From a candidate division FCPU426 bacterium (GTDB lineage Bacteria; Oederibacteriota; JAAXVQ01; JAUVAV01), in assembly GCA_040756875.1 (NCBI GenBank), contig JBFLYH010000001.1:192001-256000 (forward strand): a stretch of 64,000 nt of DNA, given 5' to 3'. The notes below the pieces were generated by a model. That model had not been told where the DNA came from. It made no database searches and saw only the letters and a list, made by a program, of their open reading frames with translations. Numbering within the stretch: the stretch's first letter is position 1; each line of letters opens with the position of its first letter. Below are positions 1-9,968 of this stretch, one piece after another. The position numbers were made by a program, and so were the translations under genes.

Positions 1-165
1 TTCCTGCCATTCTTTCCAACCCGGAGAGCGGCGAAGCGAAGCGTGGCCTGTCACCACCAGGGCTCTGCGGCCAAAACGCCCCATTTCCGTCGCCAGTTCC
101 CGGCGCGTTCCGGCTCCGAAGAGGATTTTAGGACTGCGCCCCAGGGAGAAGGAGGGAATCACCAT
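1..165 (-). CDS. Iron-containing alcohol dehydrogenase family protein, N-terminal part (runs off window start)
   Basis: My translation of the minus strand from ATG at 165 gives MVIPSFSLGRSPKILFGAGTRRELATEMGRFGRRALVVTG. The P-x-I-x-FG-x-G and RALVVTG pattern is typical of Fe-ADH N-termini. Start overlaps the stop of the upstream gene. Confidence 0.7.
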   Translation of the reverse strand, partial: MVIPSFSLGRSPKILFGAGTRRELATEMGRFGRRALVVTGHASLRRSPGWKEWQE

Positions 166-467
166 TGTTCCGGATCCTCGGGCGCCAGAGGGCGATGCGG
201 CACGCCTTCCCGGGGTTTGGCCATCCAACCGGCCACGGTTTCCTTCCACTTATTATAGTGGGGCGTTTGCTTGTGGGCTGCAGCGTCGGCTTCGGATCGG
301 TAAGCTTCATACAGGAAGAACCGGCTGGGGTCCGAAGCGCACTGTAGCACATCGAACCGCAGGTTTCCGGCTTCCGAACGGGACGCCCGGTGGTTTTCCA
401 GCGTCGCCTGGATGAAATCTTCGATGCGATCGGGCTGGACGAAAATGGTAATGCAAGTCACGATCAT
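159..467 (-). CDS. Antibiotic biosynthesis monooxygenase (ABM/LsrG-like) family protein
   Basis: C-terminal 102 aa of ORF 159..1139: MIVTCITIFV...EAGNLRFDVLQ...FFLYEAY...AAAHKQTPHY. GGAGG Shine-Dalgarno (SD) upstream. Confidence 0.85.
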   Translation of the reverse strand: MIVTCITIFVQPDRIEDFIQATLENHRASRSEAGNLRFDVLQCASDPSRFFLYEAYRSEADAAAHKQTPHYNKWKETVAGWMAKPREGVPHRPLAPEDPEQW

Positions 468-590
468 GCCGCACCTCCCGGCCTGGCAATGGTGGAAGCG
501 GAAAATCATTTTATCACAGCGCGGGAAAGTTGAGGCGGCCGGGCGTGTTTTTTTTGTACACGCCCGGCGTTTTGTGCCACAATAAACGGC

Positions 591-1937
591 ATGAACATCC
601 GTCTGCGAGTCCTGGTGCCGCTGTTGTGCGCCGCAGCCTGGCTGGGCGGCGTTTCTGTCTGCCCGGCCGGATTGATGTCCGAGGCGGAAAAAACCCTGTT
701 CATCAATTTCATGGTGGACTACGCCACGCCCGAACGGTCTGCTGAGTGGAAGGGCTGGAATTACAGCAACAGCCAGGTCAGTCACAATCCCGATCAGATG
801 GGTCCTGACCAGCGCCGCGACATCGCCTCCTGCCTCTATCCGCTGGTCGGGGTGTATGACATGAGCGATCCCATGATCGCCGAGTACCATTGCCAGCTGA
901 TGAAGATGATCGGCGCGGACGCCGGTGTTTTCACCCTGAGTTTCAACGAGGATCCCAATGCCGCCAAGCCGCAGATGCGGAACCTGCAGCGGCGGGTGAT
1001 GGAAAATTATTTCCGGTATCTCAAAGCATACAGCCTCAAGGGCGTGCTTCTGTTCGAGGACAAAGCGCATTGGCTGTGGAACGACCGGCATAAAACCAGA
1101 ACCGAGACGGTCTGGGCCGCCTTCGCGGATTTGGACCAATGGCTGGGCCAGTTCCGCGACGTCCAGGTCCAGGTGGCCGGCCGCCCCCTGGTGCTGCTAT
1201 TCAGCTACAGCCAGCAGGTTCCGGGCCGGGGTGAGAGCCGTTTTTCGCCCGATGAAATCGGCTATTGGATGAAATCCTTCGAAGAAAACCAGCGGCCGAT
1301 TCTGCTGGCTCAGTGGTTCAGCCCCGAGTACCGCGGCTCCCTGGACGGCTATTACGAGTGGCCCCATGTGGTCGGGCCGCCGCCGGCTGGCAGGGATTGC
1401 CGCGTGTTCAACGACTTCGACCAGGAAGTCAAGCTGTGGGAGAGCCGGCACGAGGAATTGTATTTTAACCTGGCCAACGGGCATTACCAGCTGGTGATCG
1501 GCGGCGTGTGGCCCGGCTTCGAGGATACGGGCTGCTACGGGTGGGGCGGGGGCTGCCGCATCATCCCCCGTTACAACGGCAAGGTCTATGCCTATCATTG
1601 GAAGCGGATGATCGAATCGAATTATCCCCTGGTGCAAATCGCCACCTGGAACGACTGGGGCGAAGGCACGGCGATTGAGCCCAGCCGCGAATACGGCACC
1701 CAGTACCTGGAATTGACCCGGGAATGGTCGGCCCGGTGGCGGAAAACCGACGCTCTGACCGGGAACCTGCATGTCCCCGCCTGGATCTATGTCCTGCGCA
1801 AAACCTCCAAGCAGCAGAAGGCGCTGGAGGCCGCGAAAGCGGCCAGCGCCGCGATTCAAAACGGCCGTTTCGACGAAGCGGAGCGGCTGCTGCAGCCGTT
1901 CGTCCAGCCCCTGCAACTGGAACGGAAGCTCCCCTGA
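591..1937 (+). CDS. Secreted glycoside hydrolase, GH99/GH71-like
   Basis: Signal peptide; DIAS..YPLVGVYDMSDP, VWPGFED and QIATWNDWGEGTAIEPS motifs. Confidence 0.8.
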   Translation: MNIRLRVLVPLLCAAAWLGGVSVCPAGLMSEAEKTLFINFMVDYATPERSAEWKGWNYSNSQVSHNPDQMGPDQRRDIASCLYPLVGVYDMSDPMIAEYHCQLMKMIGADAGVFTLSFNEDPNAAKPQMRNLQRRVMENYFRYLKAYSLKGVLLFEDKAHWLWNDRHKTRTETVWAAFADLDQWLGQFRDVQVQVAGRPLVLLFSYSQQVPGRGESRFSPDEIGYWMKSFEENQRPILLAQWFSPEYRGSLDGYYEWPHVVGPPPAGRDCRVFNDFDQEVKLWESRHEELYFNLANGHYQLVIGGVWPGFEDTGCYGWGGGCRIIPRYNGKVYAYHWKRMIESNYPLVQIATWNDWGEGTAIEPSREYGTQYLELTREWSARWRKTDALTGNLHVPAWIYVLRKTSKQQKALEAAKAASAAIQNGRFDEAERLLQPFVQPLQLERKLP

Positions 1938-2036
1938 ACCGCCCGCCGGTTTTTTGCGGGCTCGCCCATTAAAAAACTGGCAAAATTCCGATAAATGGAT
2001 AAAATGTGGGCAGTTTCCGGAGGGGGGCTTGATAAT

Positions 2037-4835
2037 ATGAAGCGAATAGCAGCCGTGATCGGCATCTTTCTGGCGCTGGGCGCCGGCGGGTGCCAGCAAG
2101 CCATGGTGCACGTCAGTCCCGGCGAGGTGGCCTTTCAACCGGGCGCTGAACCGCCGGCGGTCCTGGCTTATTATTTTACCGGGTATGAAACCCCGGTCCG
2201 GAGCAACCGCTGGCGTTTTTGGTCCTGGGAACAGAAACCCCGCCGCCACAACCCGGACCGGATGTTTCCGGACGGCCGGCGCGACATTGCCGGCATCCAC
2301 TATCCCCTAATTGAACCGTACGATTCAATCGATGAGGACGTGATCGAATACCACATGCTCCTGGCCAAGGCCGCCGGTTTGGACGGGTTTGTGGTCGATT
2401 GGTACGGGTTCAACAATGAATTCGGGCAGCCCCGCTACGAAGACCAGGTGTTTCGGAAAATGCTCGCCCTGGCGGAGCGCTTGAAATTCAAAGTCTGCCT
2501 CAGCTTCGAAGATAAAAGCATGTTCCCGCCTTTTCAGCGTCTGGCTGACCGCAAGGCCAGCGTCGCCCTGGCGCAGCAAACCATCGCCCAGGCCTGCAGG
2601 CAATACGGCCAGCAGCCGGGCTATTTCAAGCTGGACGGCCGTCCGGTTCTGACCGGCTATAATTGGAACCTGGCTACCGAGGAAGCGCCCCAAAACGGGG
2701 CCTTCACGGTTTCCGAATGGCAGCGCATTCTGGCCGGCATGGGTCCCAAGCGGCCGGTTCTGATCTCCAACGTCCACTGGCACTGGAACCGTTCCCTGGC
2801 GGACACGCGGTATGCCGAAGTGGCGGACAGCCTGTATCCCTGGGTGGCCAACAGCTGCAAGCAGCTGGACCGCTTCTACACCGAGGAAGCCCGGCTGGTG
2901 GCCGGGGACAAGCTGAAGTTCTTAAGCGGCGTGGTCTGCCCGGGCGCCGACAATTTCGGCACCTGGGGCGGGGACGAGAGCCGCACTATTGTCCCCAGGA
3001 AAAACGGCGAGGTTTACAAGAACACCTGGCGCGAGAGCCTCAAGCACAAACCCCGCTGGATCCAAATCGCCACCTGGAACGATTTCCCGGCGGGCAGCAC
3101 CATCGAACCGTCCAGGGAGTACGAATATCAATATCTCGAGATCACCTCCGATTTTGCGTCCGCCATCCATGGCCAGCAGCCGGATTACCAGGCCCTGCGT
3201 GTGCCAAAAAAGATTTTCGATGCCAAGCGGGAACTGCGCGAATTGAGCCAGACCAAGGCGGCAAACCGGTCGGTGCTTGACCTACTGCAAAAGGACATCG
3301 GCGAAGCCGTGGACTTGATGGCGGGAAACCAGACGCGCCAGGCGGACGCACTCATCAGCCAGACGCTGCGCGGGCTGGCCGGTGAACGAGCCAAAGTGCA
3401 GCCCGAACCGGAGTTGATCGTAACGCTTGAACCCGAGAAACTCAGCCTCCATGCGGGGGAGGCGAAATATTTCTGGGTGGAAGTCAAAAATGCGACGCCC
3501 AAAGCCGTGCGCGGCCGCATCAAGCTGGACAGCGACCGTGATTTGCCCGCCGATTGGTTCAATCAAAGCACCATGCCCGTGGATTTGAATCCCCGGCAAA
3601 AAACCAAGCTGCCTTTCCGGATCAAGGTTCCGGAGGAGGCTGGCAATATCAAAGCCTTGCTCGAAGCGCAGTTGTACGCCGGCGGCAAGTTCATCCGGTC
3701 GCGGGTCTCAACCGTGGATGTCGTCACTCCGTATTTCAACGTGGATGTGGGTTCCCGCAACCTATACCAGCTGGGCGAGGAAGCGGAGGTGCGCGTTTTG
3801 CTCGCCGGTCTGGAGGAGGACAGCGGCAAAATCCAGCTGATTGCTCCTGCCGGCTGGCAGGTTCGGCCGGTTGAAGTCGAATATACGCTCGTCCCGGATC
3901 AGCCCAGCGAGGCGGTTTTTTGGGTCAAACCCACTACCAGCCAGGCCGGCTTGCTGACCGCTTCGGTGAAAAGCCGGACCCAAGGACAGGTGCGGGTCCA
4001 GGAACCCGTGCAGGCGTTGCGGGGCGGGGAAACCGTGGCGCTCCAGGGTGACGTGGACAACGACGGCGAAACCGATTTCGTACTGGGTAACCGCCGGGTG
4101 GAGGTCCACGTCAGTTCCACCCATGGCGGCCGCATAACCGGGTTTTTCCTTAAAAGCGACGGCGGTGACAATCAGTTGTTTTACGATCCCAACCTGTCCC
4201 GCCAGCGGGCGGCTGCAGAGACCGACCAGTGGATTGAATATGGAGGCATCAACGATACCTTTCCCTTGAATTGGCCGGGCGAGGTTTGGAACAACCGCTG
4301 GCCCACCCGTATCGTGGAATCCGGCCCGGGCAAAGGGTTGGAACAAACAACGCGTGCGGCCAACGGCCTGGCATTGACCCGCCAGCTGCGCCTGCGGGAC
4401 GATTCACCCCGCCTGGAAGCGGTTTACTTGGTGAAGAACACCGGATCAAAGAAAATCAAATACCGGTGGCACAATCACCCGGATCTGTCACCCGGTCCGA
4501 ACGACGAAGCCCAGCGTTCCATACGCATCCAGGTTCCCCAATCCGGAGGAGTCGTTAACGTCCCCTTTTCAGGCAACCTGACCAAGGAGCATTATCCGCC
4601 GTCGCAAAACTGGTGCCTCACCTGGGACAGCGAATCGGACGAATACTTTCTGCAACAGTTCGACGCGCGCCGGGTGGAGAAAATCGGGGTTTGGCAGGGC
4701 AGGAATTTTTTCACCATGGAAATCATTTCCAGGGAGGCGGTTCTGGAGCCGGGCGCGACCGACCGCTTCCGCGTGGATTATATAGCCGGCAAGGGAGATT
4801 GGGAGAACCAATTGCCGCTTTTTTCCACCCGCTGA
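2037..4835 (+). CDS. Multidomain lipoprotein: GH99-like domain, Ig/NEW3-like domains and a galactose-mutarotase-like C-terminal domain
   Basis: Lipobox-like LGAGGC; YPLIEPYDSID and QIATWNDFPAGSTIEPS; C-terminal GGRI, YGGINDTFP and WHNHP pattern. Confidence 0.7.
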   Translation: MKRIAAVIGIFLALGAGGCQQAMVHVSPGEVAFQPGAEPPAVLAYYFTGYETPVRSNRWRFWSWEQKPRRHNPDRMFPDGRRDIAGIHYPLIEPYDSIDEDVIEYHMLLAKAAGLDGFVVDWYGFNNEFGQPRYEDQVFRKMLALAERLKFKVCLSFEDKSMFPPFQRLADRKASVALAQQTIAQACRQYGQQPGYFKLDGRPVLTGYNWNLATEEAPQNGAFTVSEWQRILAGMGPKRPVLISNVHWHWNRSLADTRYAEVADSLYPWVANSCKQLDRFYTEEARLVAGDKLKFLSGVVCPGADNFGTWGGDESRTIVPRKNGEVYKNTWRESLKHKPRWIQIATWNDFPAGSTIEPSREYEYQYLEITSDFASAIHGQQPDYQALRVPKKIFDAKRELRELSQTKAANRSVLDLLQKDIGEAVDLMAGNQTRQADALISQTLRGLAGERAKVQPEPELIVTLEPEKLSLHAGEAKYFWVEVKNATPKAVRGRIKLDSDRDLPADWFNQSTMPVDLNPRQKTKLPFRIKVPEEAGNIKALLEAQLYAGGKFIRSRVSTVDVVTPYFNVDVGSRNLYQLGEEAEVRVLLAGLEEDSGKIQLIAPAGWQVRPVEVEYTLVPDQPSEAVFWVKPTTSQAGLLTASVKSRTQGQVRVQEPVQALRGGETVALQGDVDNDGETDFVLGNRRVEVHVSSTHGGRITGFFLKSDGGDNQLFYDPNLSRQRAAAETDQWIEYGGINDTFPLNWPGEVWNNRWPTRIVESGPGKGLEQTTRAANGLALTRQLRLRDDSPRLEAVYLVKNTGSKKIKYRWHNHPDLSPGPNDEAQRSIRIQVPQSGGVVNVPFSGNLTKEHYPPSQNWCLTWDSESDEYFLQQFDARRVEKIGVWQGRNFFTMEIISREAVLEPGATDRFRVDYIAGKGDWENQLPLFSTR

Positions 4836-4914
4836 GGGGGCGGCCGCCGGAACGGAGGCTTCTTCCGGACGCGGCGAAAAACGGAGCCGGTAGAAGTAAG
4901 CATAGGAGACGGCC

Positions 4915-5475
4915 GTGTCCTGGATCGCTTTATTGCTGGTTGCCGTGGGCTTGGGTATGGATGCCTTTGCCGTGGCTGTGGCCACGGGCGTCAAGCTCTG
5001 CCGCGTGAACTGGCGCCAGGCCGGCCGCATGTCCCTGGCTTTCGGTTTTTTCCAATTCGCCATGACAGCCGCGGGGTGGCTGGGCGGCCGCACGCTCAGC
5101 GGATTTTTACATGCCGTGGACCATTGGGTGGCTTTCACCCTGCTGGCCGTGGTGGGCGGACGCATGGTCTGGGGCGGTTGGCACCCCGAACAGGCAGGCT
5201 GGCGGGCCGAGGATCCGACCCGCGGCTGGCTCCTGCTCACTCTGGCCCTGGCTACCAGCGTGGATGCTTTGGCCGTGGGGTTTGGGTTTTCACTGTTGCA
5301 GATCCCGATTTGGGGGGCAGCCGGGCTCATCGGCGTGGTTGCTCTGCTGATGACGCTCGTAGGATTGCACATCGGCTGCCGGGTGGGGCTGACGTTCGGC
5401 CAACGCATGGAAATCCTGGGCGGCCTGCTTCTGATTGGCATCGGAATTAAAATCCTCGTGGATCACCTCACCTGA
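4915..5475 (+). CDS. mntP: Manganese efflux pump MntP
   Basis: LGMDAFAVA, ATSVDALAVG and EILGGLLLIGIG motifs; hydrophobic; GTG start with AGGAG SD. Confidence 0.9.
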   Translation: MSWIALLLVAVGLGMDAFAVAVATGVKLCRVNWRQAGRMSLAFGFFQFAMTAAGWLGGRTLSGFLHAVDHWVAFTLLAVVGGRMVWGGWHPEQAGWRAEDPTRGWLLLTLALATSVDALAVGFGFSLLQIPIWGAAGLIGVVALLMTLVGLHIGCRVGLTFGQRMEILGGLLLIGIGIKILVDHLT

Positions 5476-5567
5476 ACTTTTCCCGCCGGAAGAATTACAT
5501 AGGCATTTTAATATTCCGATAGTATGATGAAAGCTCATTGCGCTTAACATCCGAGGAGGACTGGGTT

Positions 5568-6503
5568 ATGACGACGCGGTTGATGCGAGGATGGGTGATG
5601 GTGGCGCCCATGGCACTCGTGGTTTTATGCGGGCATCCCGGCTGGGCGGCCAAAAAAACGGCCAGATCCGTCAAACCGCCCAAGGTTGAAAAGACCGCGG
5701 AGCAGCTGCGCCAGGAGGTGGCAGCCGCGCCGGACCAGGCCCAGTTGCAATACGAACTGGGCGTGGCCCTGGCCAAAGAGGGCAAACCGCAGGACGCTGT
5801 CAATGCGCTGAAGAAAGCCACGGAACTGAAAAACGATTTTACCGCCGCCCATTATACTTTGGGCGCGGTCTATTACAGCCTGAAACGCCCGGACCAAGCC
5901 AAAACCTCGTTTCGACGGGCCGTGGAGCTGGATTCCCGGCACGCCAAGGCCCACCTGGGCTTGGGAACCTTGTGGCTGCAGGAAAAGAAATACGCCGATG
6001 CTGTCAAGGAATTGGAAGCCGCCTTGCGCGCAGACTCCCGCCTGCCTGCTGCGCATTACCAGCTGGGACTCGCCCACTTTTACCAGGGACAGTACCGGCC
6101 CGCGGCCGCTTCCTTGCGTCAGGCGATTGCGCTGGGCAAACGGGATGGGGAAACGCATTACACCCTGGGCAATGTTTATCGGAAACTAGGGCAATGGGAA
6201 CAGGCCGCGGCCGCTTTTTTGGACGCCACCAAGGCTGAACCGAAAAACGCCAAAACCTGGAATGAATTGGGATACGTCAAATATGAGCAGAAAGAATTCA
6301 AGGCCGCGCAAAAGGCCTGGGAAACGGCAGTGTCGCTGGACCCGCAATCCGCCGAAGCCCACTATGGATTGGGGCTGGTGCACCTTCAGGCCAAGCGCTG
6401 GGACCAGGCGCAGGCGGTGTACGAGCAACTGCGGAGCTTGGACGCCGAATTGGCGGCTGACCTGCTTTCCGAACTGGAGGCCAAACGGCCGAAGGAGAAG
6501 TGA
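5568..6503 (+). CDS. Exported tetratricopeptide-repeat protein
   Basis: Signal-like N-terminus and repeated AHYxLG...A..A...A..L-P TPR units; GAGGAGG SD before ATG 5568. Confidence 0.85.
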   Translation: MTTRLMRGWVMVAPMALVVLCGHPGWAAKKTARSVKPPKVEKTAEQLRQEVAAAPDQAQLQYELGVALAKEGKPQDAVNALKKATELKNDFTAAHYTLGAVYYSLKRPDQAKTSFRRAVELDSRHAKAHLGLGTLWLQEKKYADAVKELEAALRADSRLPAAHYQLGLAHFYQGQYRPAAASLRQAIALGKRDGETHYTLGNVYRKLGQWEQAAAAFLDATKAEPKNAKTWNELGYVKYEQKEFKAAQKAWETAVSLDPQSAEAHYGLGLVHLQAKRWDQAQAVYEQLRSLDAELAADLLSELEAKRPKEK

Positions 6504-6513
6504 GGCGGTCCGG

Positions 6514-6969
6514 TCAGGTATAAAGCGGCGAGTTCATGTCATCGAGTTCGAAATCCACCAAAAACTGCTTCAACAGCTTGCGGCTCGAAGGTTCGAGGTC
6601 CAGGAATTCCACGCCCACGGCGTAGCGTCCCTCGCCGCGGGGCTTGGACCAAGCCACGCGGGCCAGAATGCTGACCAGATTACATTCGTCCTCTTTAAAA
6701 ACGCTGGCATCCACCAGTTCCCGCCGCTTGGATTCGGGCGGCAGGAACAGCGTCAAGGTCAGGAGCTGCCCCCCCTGCAGCGGGGATTGGCTGCTCATGG
6801 CCAGGCCCTTGGCCCCCAGGTCGTCAGCGAGGCTGTGGCTCACTTCGAAGCGCGATTTTTCGCCCCGGATGAGGATGCGGTATTTCAGCTTCATCCTCAG
6901 GGGGATGCGAGGATATCTCCGGGATTCAACAACCACCATCTCGCCCTTTAAATCCGGCTGCTCTTCCAT
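6514..6969 (-). CDS. PilZ domain protein (c-di-GMP receptor)
   Basis: RRYPR (RxxxR), DLGAKG (D/NxSxxG variant), ARVAW and GVEFLDL. Confidence 0.85.
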   Translation of the reverse strand: MEEQPDLKGEMVVVESRRYPRIPLRMKLKYRILIRGEKSRFEVSHSLADDLGAKGLAMSSQSPLQGGQLLTLTLFLPPESKRRELVDASVFKEDECNLVSILARVAWSKPRGEGRYAVGVEFLDLEPSSRKLLKQFLVDFELDDMNSPLYT

Positions 6970-7010
6970 GGCCATTCCTCCTCGCGGTCTGCCTTGCCTC
7001 CCGCCTAATT

Positions 7011-7982
7011 TTATACTACCACGCGCAGGGCTTGCGGCACCACTTCAATATCCACGGGCATATGCCCAAGGTATTCGCCGTCCAGCTGCAGATGCTCCCG
7101 GCGGTTCAGTACGGTGATGCGGCGGCACTGTAGGTATTCGACATCCAGGAATTTGTCCAGCGCGCTGTGCTGCCAGCCCCAGATGTAGCCGAGGAAATGC
7201 AGAAAACTGCGGCGCTTGAAAATGCACACGTCCAGCTTTCCGTCCTGCAGGTCGGCCCGCGGCAGCAGCGCCATGTTGCCGCCGTAATATTTAACGTTGC
7301 CGGCGATGACCAAGTATCCGCGCCGGGGTTCGGGTTGTCCGTCGATGCGCACCCAGACCTGGCGGAAAGGGTAGAGAAAGAAGGCGGCAATGCCCGCCAC
7401 CAAGTAAGCGAACGCGCCGGTCAGGCGTTTGAGCCTCCAGTCGGTATTCTTGATGACAAAGGCGTCGAATCCCACCCCGGCCATGCAGGTGAAGTAGCGC
7501 TGATTCACCCGGCCCAGATCGATGGCGGTCTGCCGTCCCCGCGCCAGCAGGCGGCAGGCGGCGTCCAGGTCCAAGGGGATGTTCATCTGCAGGCTGAAGA
7601 GGTTTACGGTTCCGGCAGGGATGACGCCCAGCGCGGTGGAGGAACCGGCCAGGCCGTTGATGACCGCGTTGATGGTGCCGTCGCCTCCTGCCGCGACCAC
7701 CAGATCGTAGCGGTTTTTAACGCATTGCCTGGCAGCGGCCGTGGCTGCGCCGGGAGACAAGGTCAGCACCGGTTCGGCCTGGAGTCCCTGGTTCCGCAGG
7801 GCCTCGAGAATTCGACGGAGATAAACCTGGGGGGATTGGATTTTGGACTGCGTTAACGCGCCCGTCCAGGCGAGCGCTCCGCCCGAACCGGACTGCGGAT
7901 TGAAGATCAGCTTGATTTTTTTCAGCCGGGGTTTCCGTTGGCCGGTCCTCGCCGGCGCGGCAGGCGGCTTGCTTCGCATCAT
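7011..7982 (-). CDS. Diacylglycerol kinase family (YegS/DgkB-like) lipid kinase
   Basis: IFNPQSG, AAGGDGTIN, IPAGTVN, DGKLD and QLDGE motifs. Confidence 0.9.
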   Translation of the reverse strand: MMRSKPPAAPARTGQRKPRLKKIKLIFNPQSGSGGALAWTGALTQSKIQSPQVYLRRILEALRNQGLQAEPVLTLSPGAATAAARQCVKNRYDLVVAAGGDGTINAVINGLAGSSTALGVIPAGTVNLFSLQMNIPLDLDAACRLLARGRQTAIDLGRVNQRYFTCMAGVGFDAFVIKNTDWRLKRLTGAFAYLVAGIAAFFLYPFRQVWVRIDGQPEPRRGYLVIAGNVKYYGGNMALLPRADLQDGKLDVCIFKRRSFLHFLGYIWGWQHSALDKFLDVEYLQCRRITVLNRREHLQLDGEYLGHMPVDIEVVPQALRVVV

Positions 7983-8210
7983 ATCCCCTCGTTTCCCGAA
8001 TGGGGCGAACAGGCGGTTTGGCGCCGGAACGATTTCGCGCCCCTCCGCCGATTGCACCGCCGCTGGCCTCGGAGGAATTCATTGTAGCATTTTTGACCCC
8101 CGCTCCGACCGCCAAAAAGAATCCAACGCTTTGCGGATTTAGGAAAAATGTGCTAGGATTAAAATCCTGGAACAGTCCCGGTCCTGCGGGCCTTGAAAAG
8201 GAGCAGCGGC

Positions 8211-9935
8211 GTGAAACCTGGCAACATCATTCTCGCTCTTTTTCTGGTGATCGGCGTATTCTTGGTGATGATGGGACTGCAGATCGTGTCCTTCAGCACG
8301 GCATTTATTTTCATCGCCGTGCTGACGGTGATCGCCCTGATACTGATCGCCGTTTCCCTCAATAAAGGGCCGGAAGCGAAAGCCGCGGCGGCCGCGGCGG
8401 CCGCCGGAACGGCGGTCAAGACTCAGCCGGCGCTCATCGAGCCACCCAAGCCTGAATTGCCCAAAATATTGCAAAGCAAGACCCCTGAAACCCCGGCCGA
8501 AGCCCCGACTCCTCCGGTGGCTGAACTGGTGGTTCCCAACCAGCCCCTGGAAGTCATCACGCATTTGGCTGAACCCGAGCCTGCGGTAGAAGCGCCGGTT
8601 TCGGCTCCGGAATCCCTTGCCGCCGAGCCGGCGGTTTACGCAGAACCCCAGGCAGCAACGGTTGAAATCCAACCCCCCGTTTCTCCGGATACCGAGGTAA
8701 AGCCGGAAATAGAGCAAACCATCGAACTGGTCGCTCCTGCCCCTGTTCAGCTTGAACCCGCGTCAGAACCGGTTGCCGAACCCGCGCCAGTGCCAGTGCC
8801 TGAGCCCGTGCCCGAGCCTGCTGCTGAATCCGAGTTCGCGGCAGCGCCTGAACCCGAGCCAGCCTCCGAACCGGAACCGGACTGGGCGTCAGCGGTTGAA
8901 GCGGTGCCTGAACCGGCGTTCGAACCCTCGCCCGAACCTGAGCCTGCGGCGGCGCCGGAGCCATTGCCCGAACCTGCCGCCGAACCCGTGATGGCAGCCG
9001 AACCGGAATCAGCGCCACTGGCCGTCCCTGAGCCTGCCGTGGAAACCCAGCCAGAACCCGTTACGGCGCCTGGGCCTGAGGTCCAACCCGAACCGAAAGT
9101 CGAGGTTGAAGCCCAGGACCGGCAGGAAACCCCGGCACGTCCTGAAAGCCAAGCGGTTGCCGTGCCGGAAGCAAACGCCAGTCCCAGGCCGTCCTGGGCG
9201 CCGATGGAAAAAGAGCTTACAGGATCCGCGGCGCAGCCGGAGGAGCCGGTCTCCGCCCGCTTGGAAGTGCCGGCTGCCCACCCCCCGGGCGTGGAAGAAC
9301 TGGTCGTGCCCAGCCGCGATGTGTCCCGGATGGAAGTCCGGACGGTTCCGTCGCCTGTCATTCCAAACCGGCTGAACCGCGGCGAACGCGGCAGCGCGGA
9401 GACGCGTTCCATTCCCGCGGAATTGGGCCAAAGACTGGCCCAGCTGCGCCAGCAATGGTTCGAAGCCTGGGTGGAAGGCATACGCCGCTTCAACCGGCAG
9501 CAGCGTCAAACCGGGGTCCGGATTCCGCTGGAGCACTCCCGCTTGGGCGGGGAGGCGGAAATCGCCCTGCGGGTTTACCAGGTGAATCTGGTTGCGGATT
9601 ATCTGCGTCGTTATCCATACCTGCCCGGCCAGGAAGCGGTTGATTTCCTGGCCAAACTCGAGCAACAGGTTTTCGGCGCCGAGCGGGAGGTCTGCTTGTC
9701 ATACCGGAAAAAGACTGAATCCGACGAGGCCGATCCGGTCGGGCGCTTCGCCGCGCACGTGCCCGCCGTCAGCGCGTATTTGGCCGGGAGGAATCCCGGC
9801 GACCTGGTTGCCAAACTGCTGCTGGACAAGCTGCCGGCGTGGGTGGAAGGCAATCAACTGGAAATCGCCCAGGCCCTGGGCGACAAACGCACGGCCAATA
9901 AACTCGGCAACCGGCTCCGCCAAGGCGTGCGCTGA
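8211..9935 (+). CDS. Membrane-anchored protein with long Pro/Glu/Ala-rich linker and unknown helical C-terminal domain
   Basis: Two N-terminal hydrophobic helices, then many EPAPEP-type repeats; GTG 8211 follows an AAGGAG SD. Confidence 0.7.
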   Translation: MKPGNIILALFLVIGVFLVMMGLQIVSFSTAFIFIAVLTVIALILIAVSLNKGPEAKAAAAAAAAGTAVKTQPALIEPPKPELPKILQSKTPETPAEAPTPPVAELVVPNQPLEVITHLAEPEPAVEAPVSAPESLAAEPAVYAEPQAATVEIQPPVSPDTEVKPEIEQTIELVAPAPVQLEPASEPVAEPAPVPVPEPVPEPAAESEFAAAPEPEPASEPEPDWASAVEAVPEPAFEPSPEPEPAAAPEPLPEPAAEPVMAAEPESAPLAVPEPAVETQPEPVTAPGPEVQPEPKVEVEAQDRQETPARPESQAVAVPEANASPRPSWAPMEKELTGSAAQPEEPVSARLEVPAAHPPGVEELVVPSRDVSRMEVRTVPSPVIPNRLNRGERGSAETRSIPAELGQRLAQLRQQWFEAWVEGIRRFNRQQRQTGVRIPLEHSRLGGEAEIALRVYQVNLVADYLRRYPYLPGQEAVDFLAKLEQQVFGAEREVCLSYRKKTESDEADPVGRFAAHVPAVSAYLAGRNPGDLVAKLLLDKLPAWVEGNQLEIAQALGDKRTANKLGNRLRQGVR

Positions 9936-9968
9936 CCGGGCCGGCAAAACGGAAGGCGAGGGACCGCG

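Noticed and set aside
468-1139. 5' extension of ORF 159..1139
   Set aside because: It is antisense to the GH99-like gene; only the last 102 codons look like a real protein.
4836-4914. Possible yybP-ykoY (Mn) riboswitch upstream of mntP
   Set aside because: Only 79 bp, and I could not see the conserved GGGGAGUA-type core. An Rfam scan would be needed.
8700-9110. Repetitive DNA that might be a CRISPR array or tandem repeat element
   Set aside because: The repeats are degenerate codons for the Pro/Glu/Ala linker. There is no fixed repeat-spacer structure and no cas gene.
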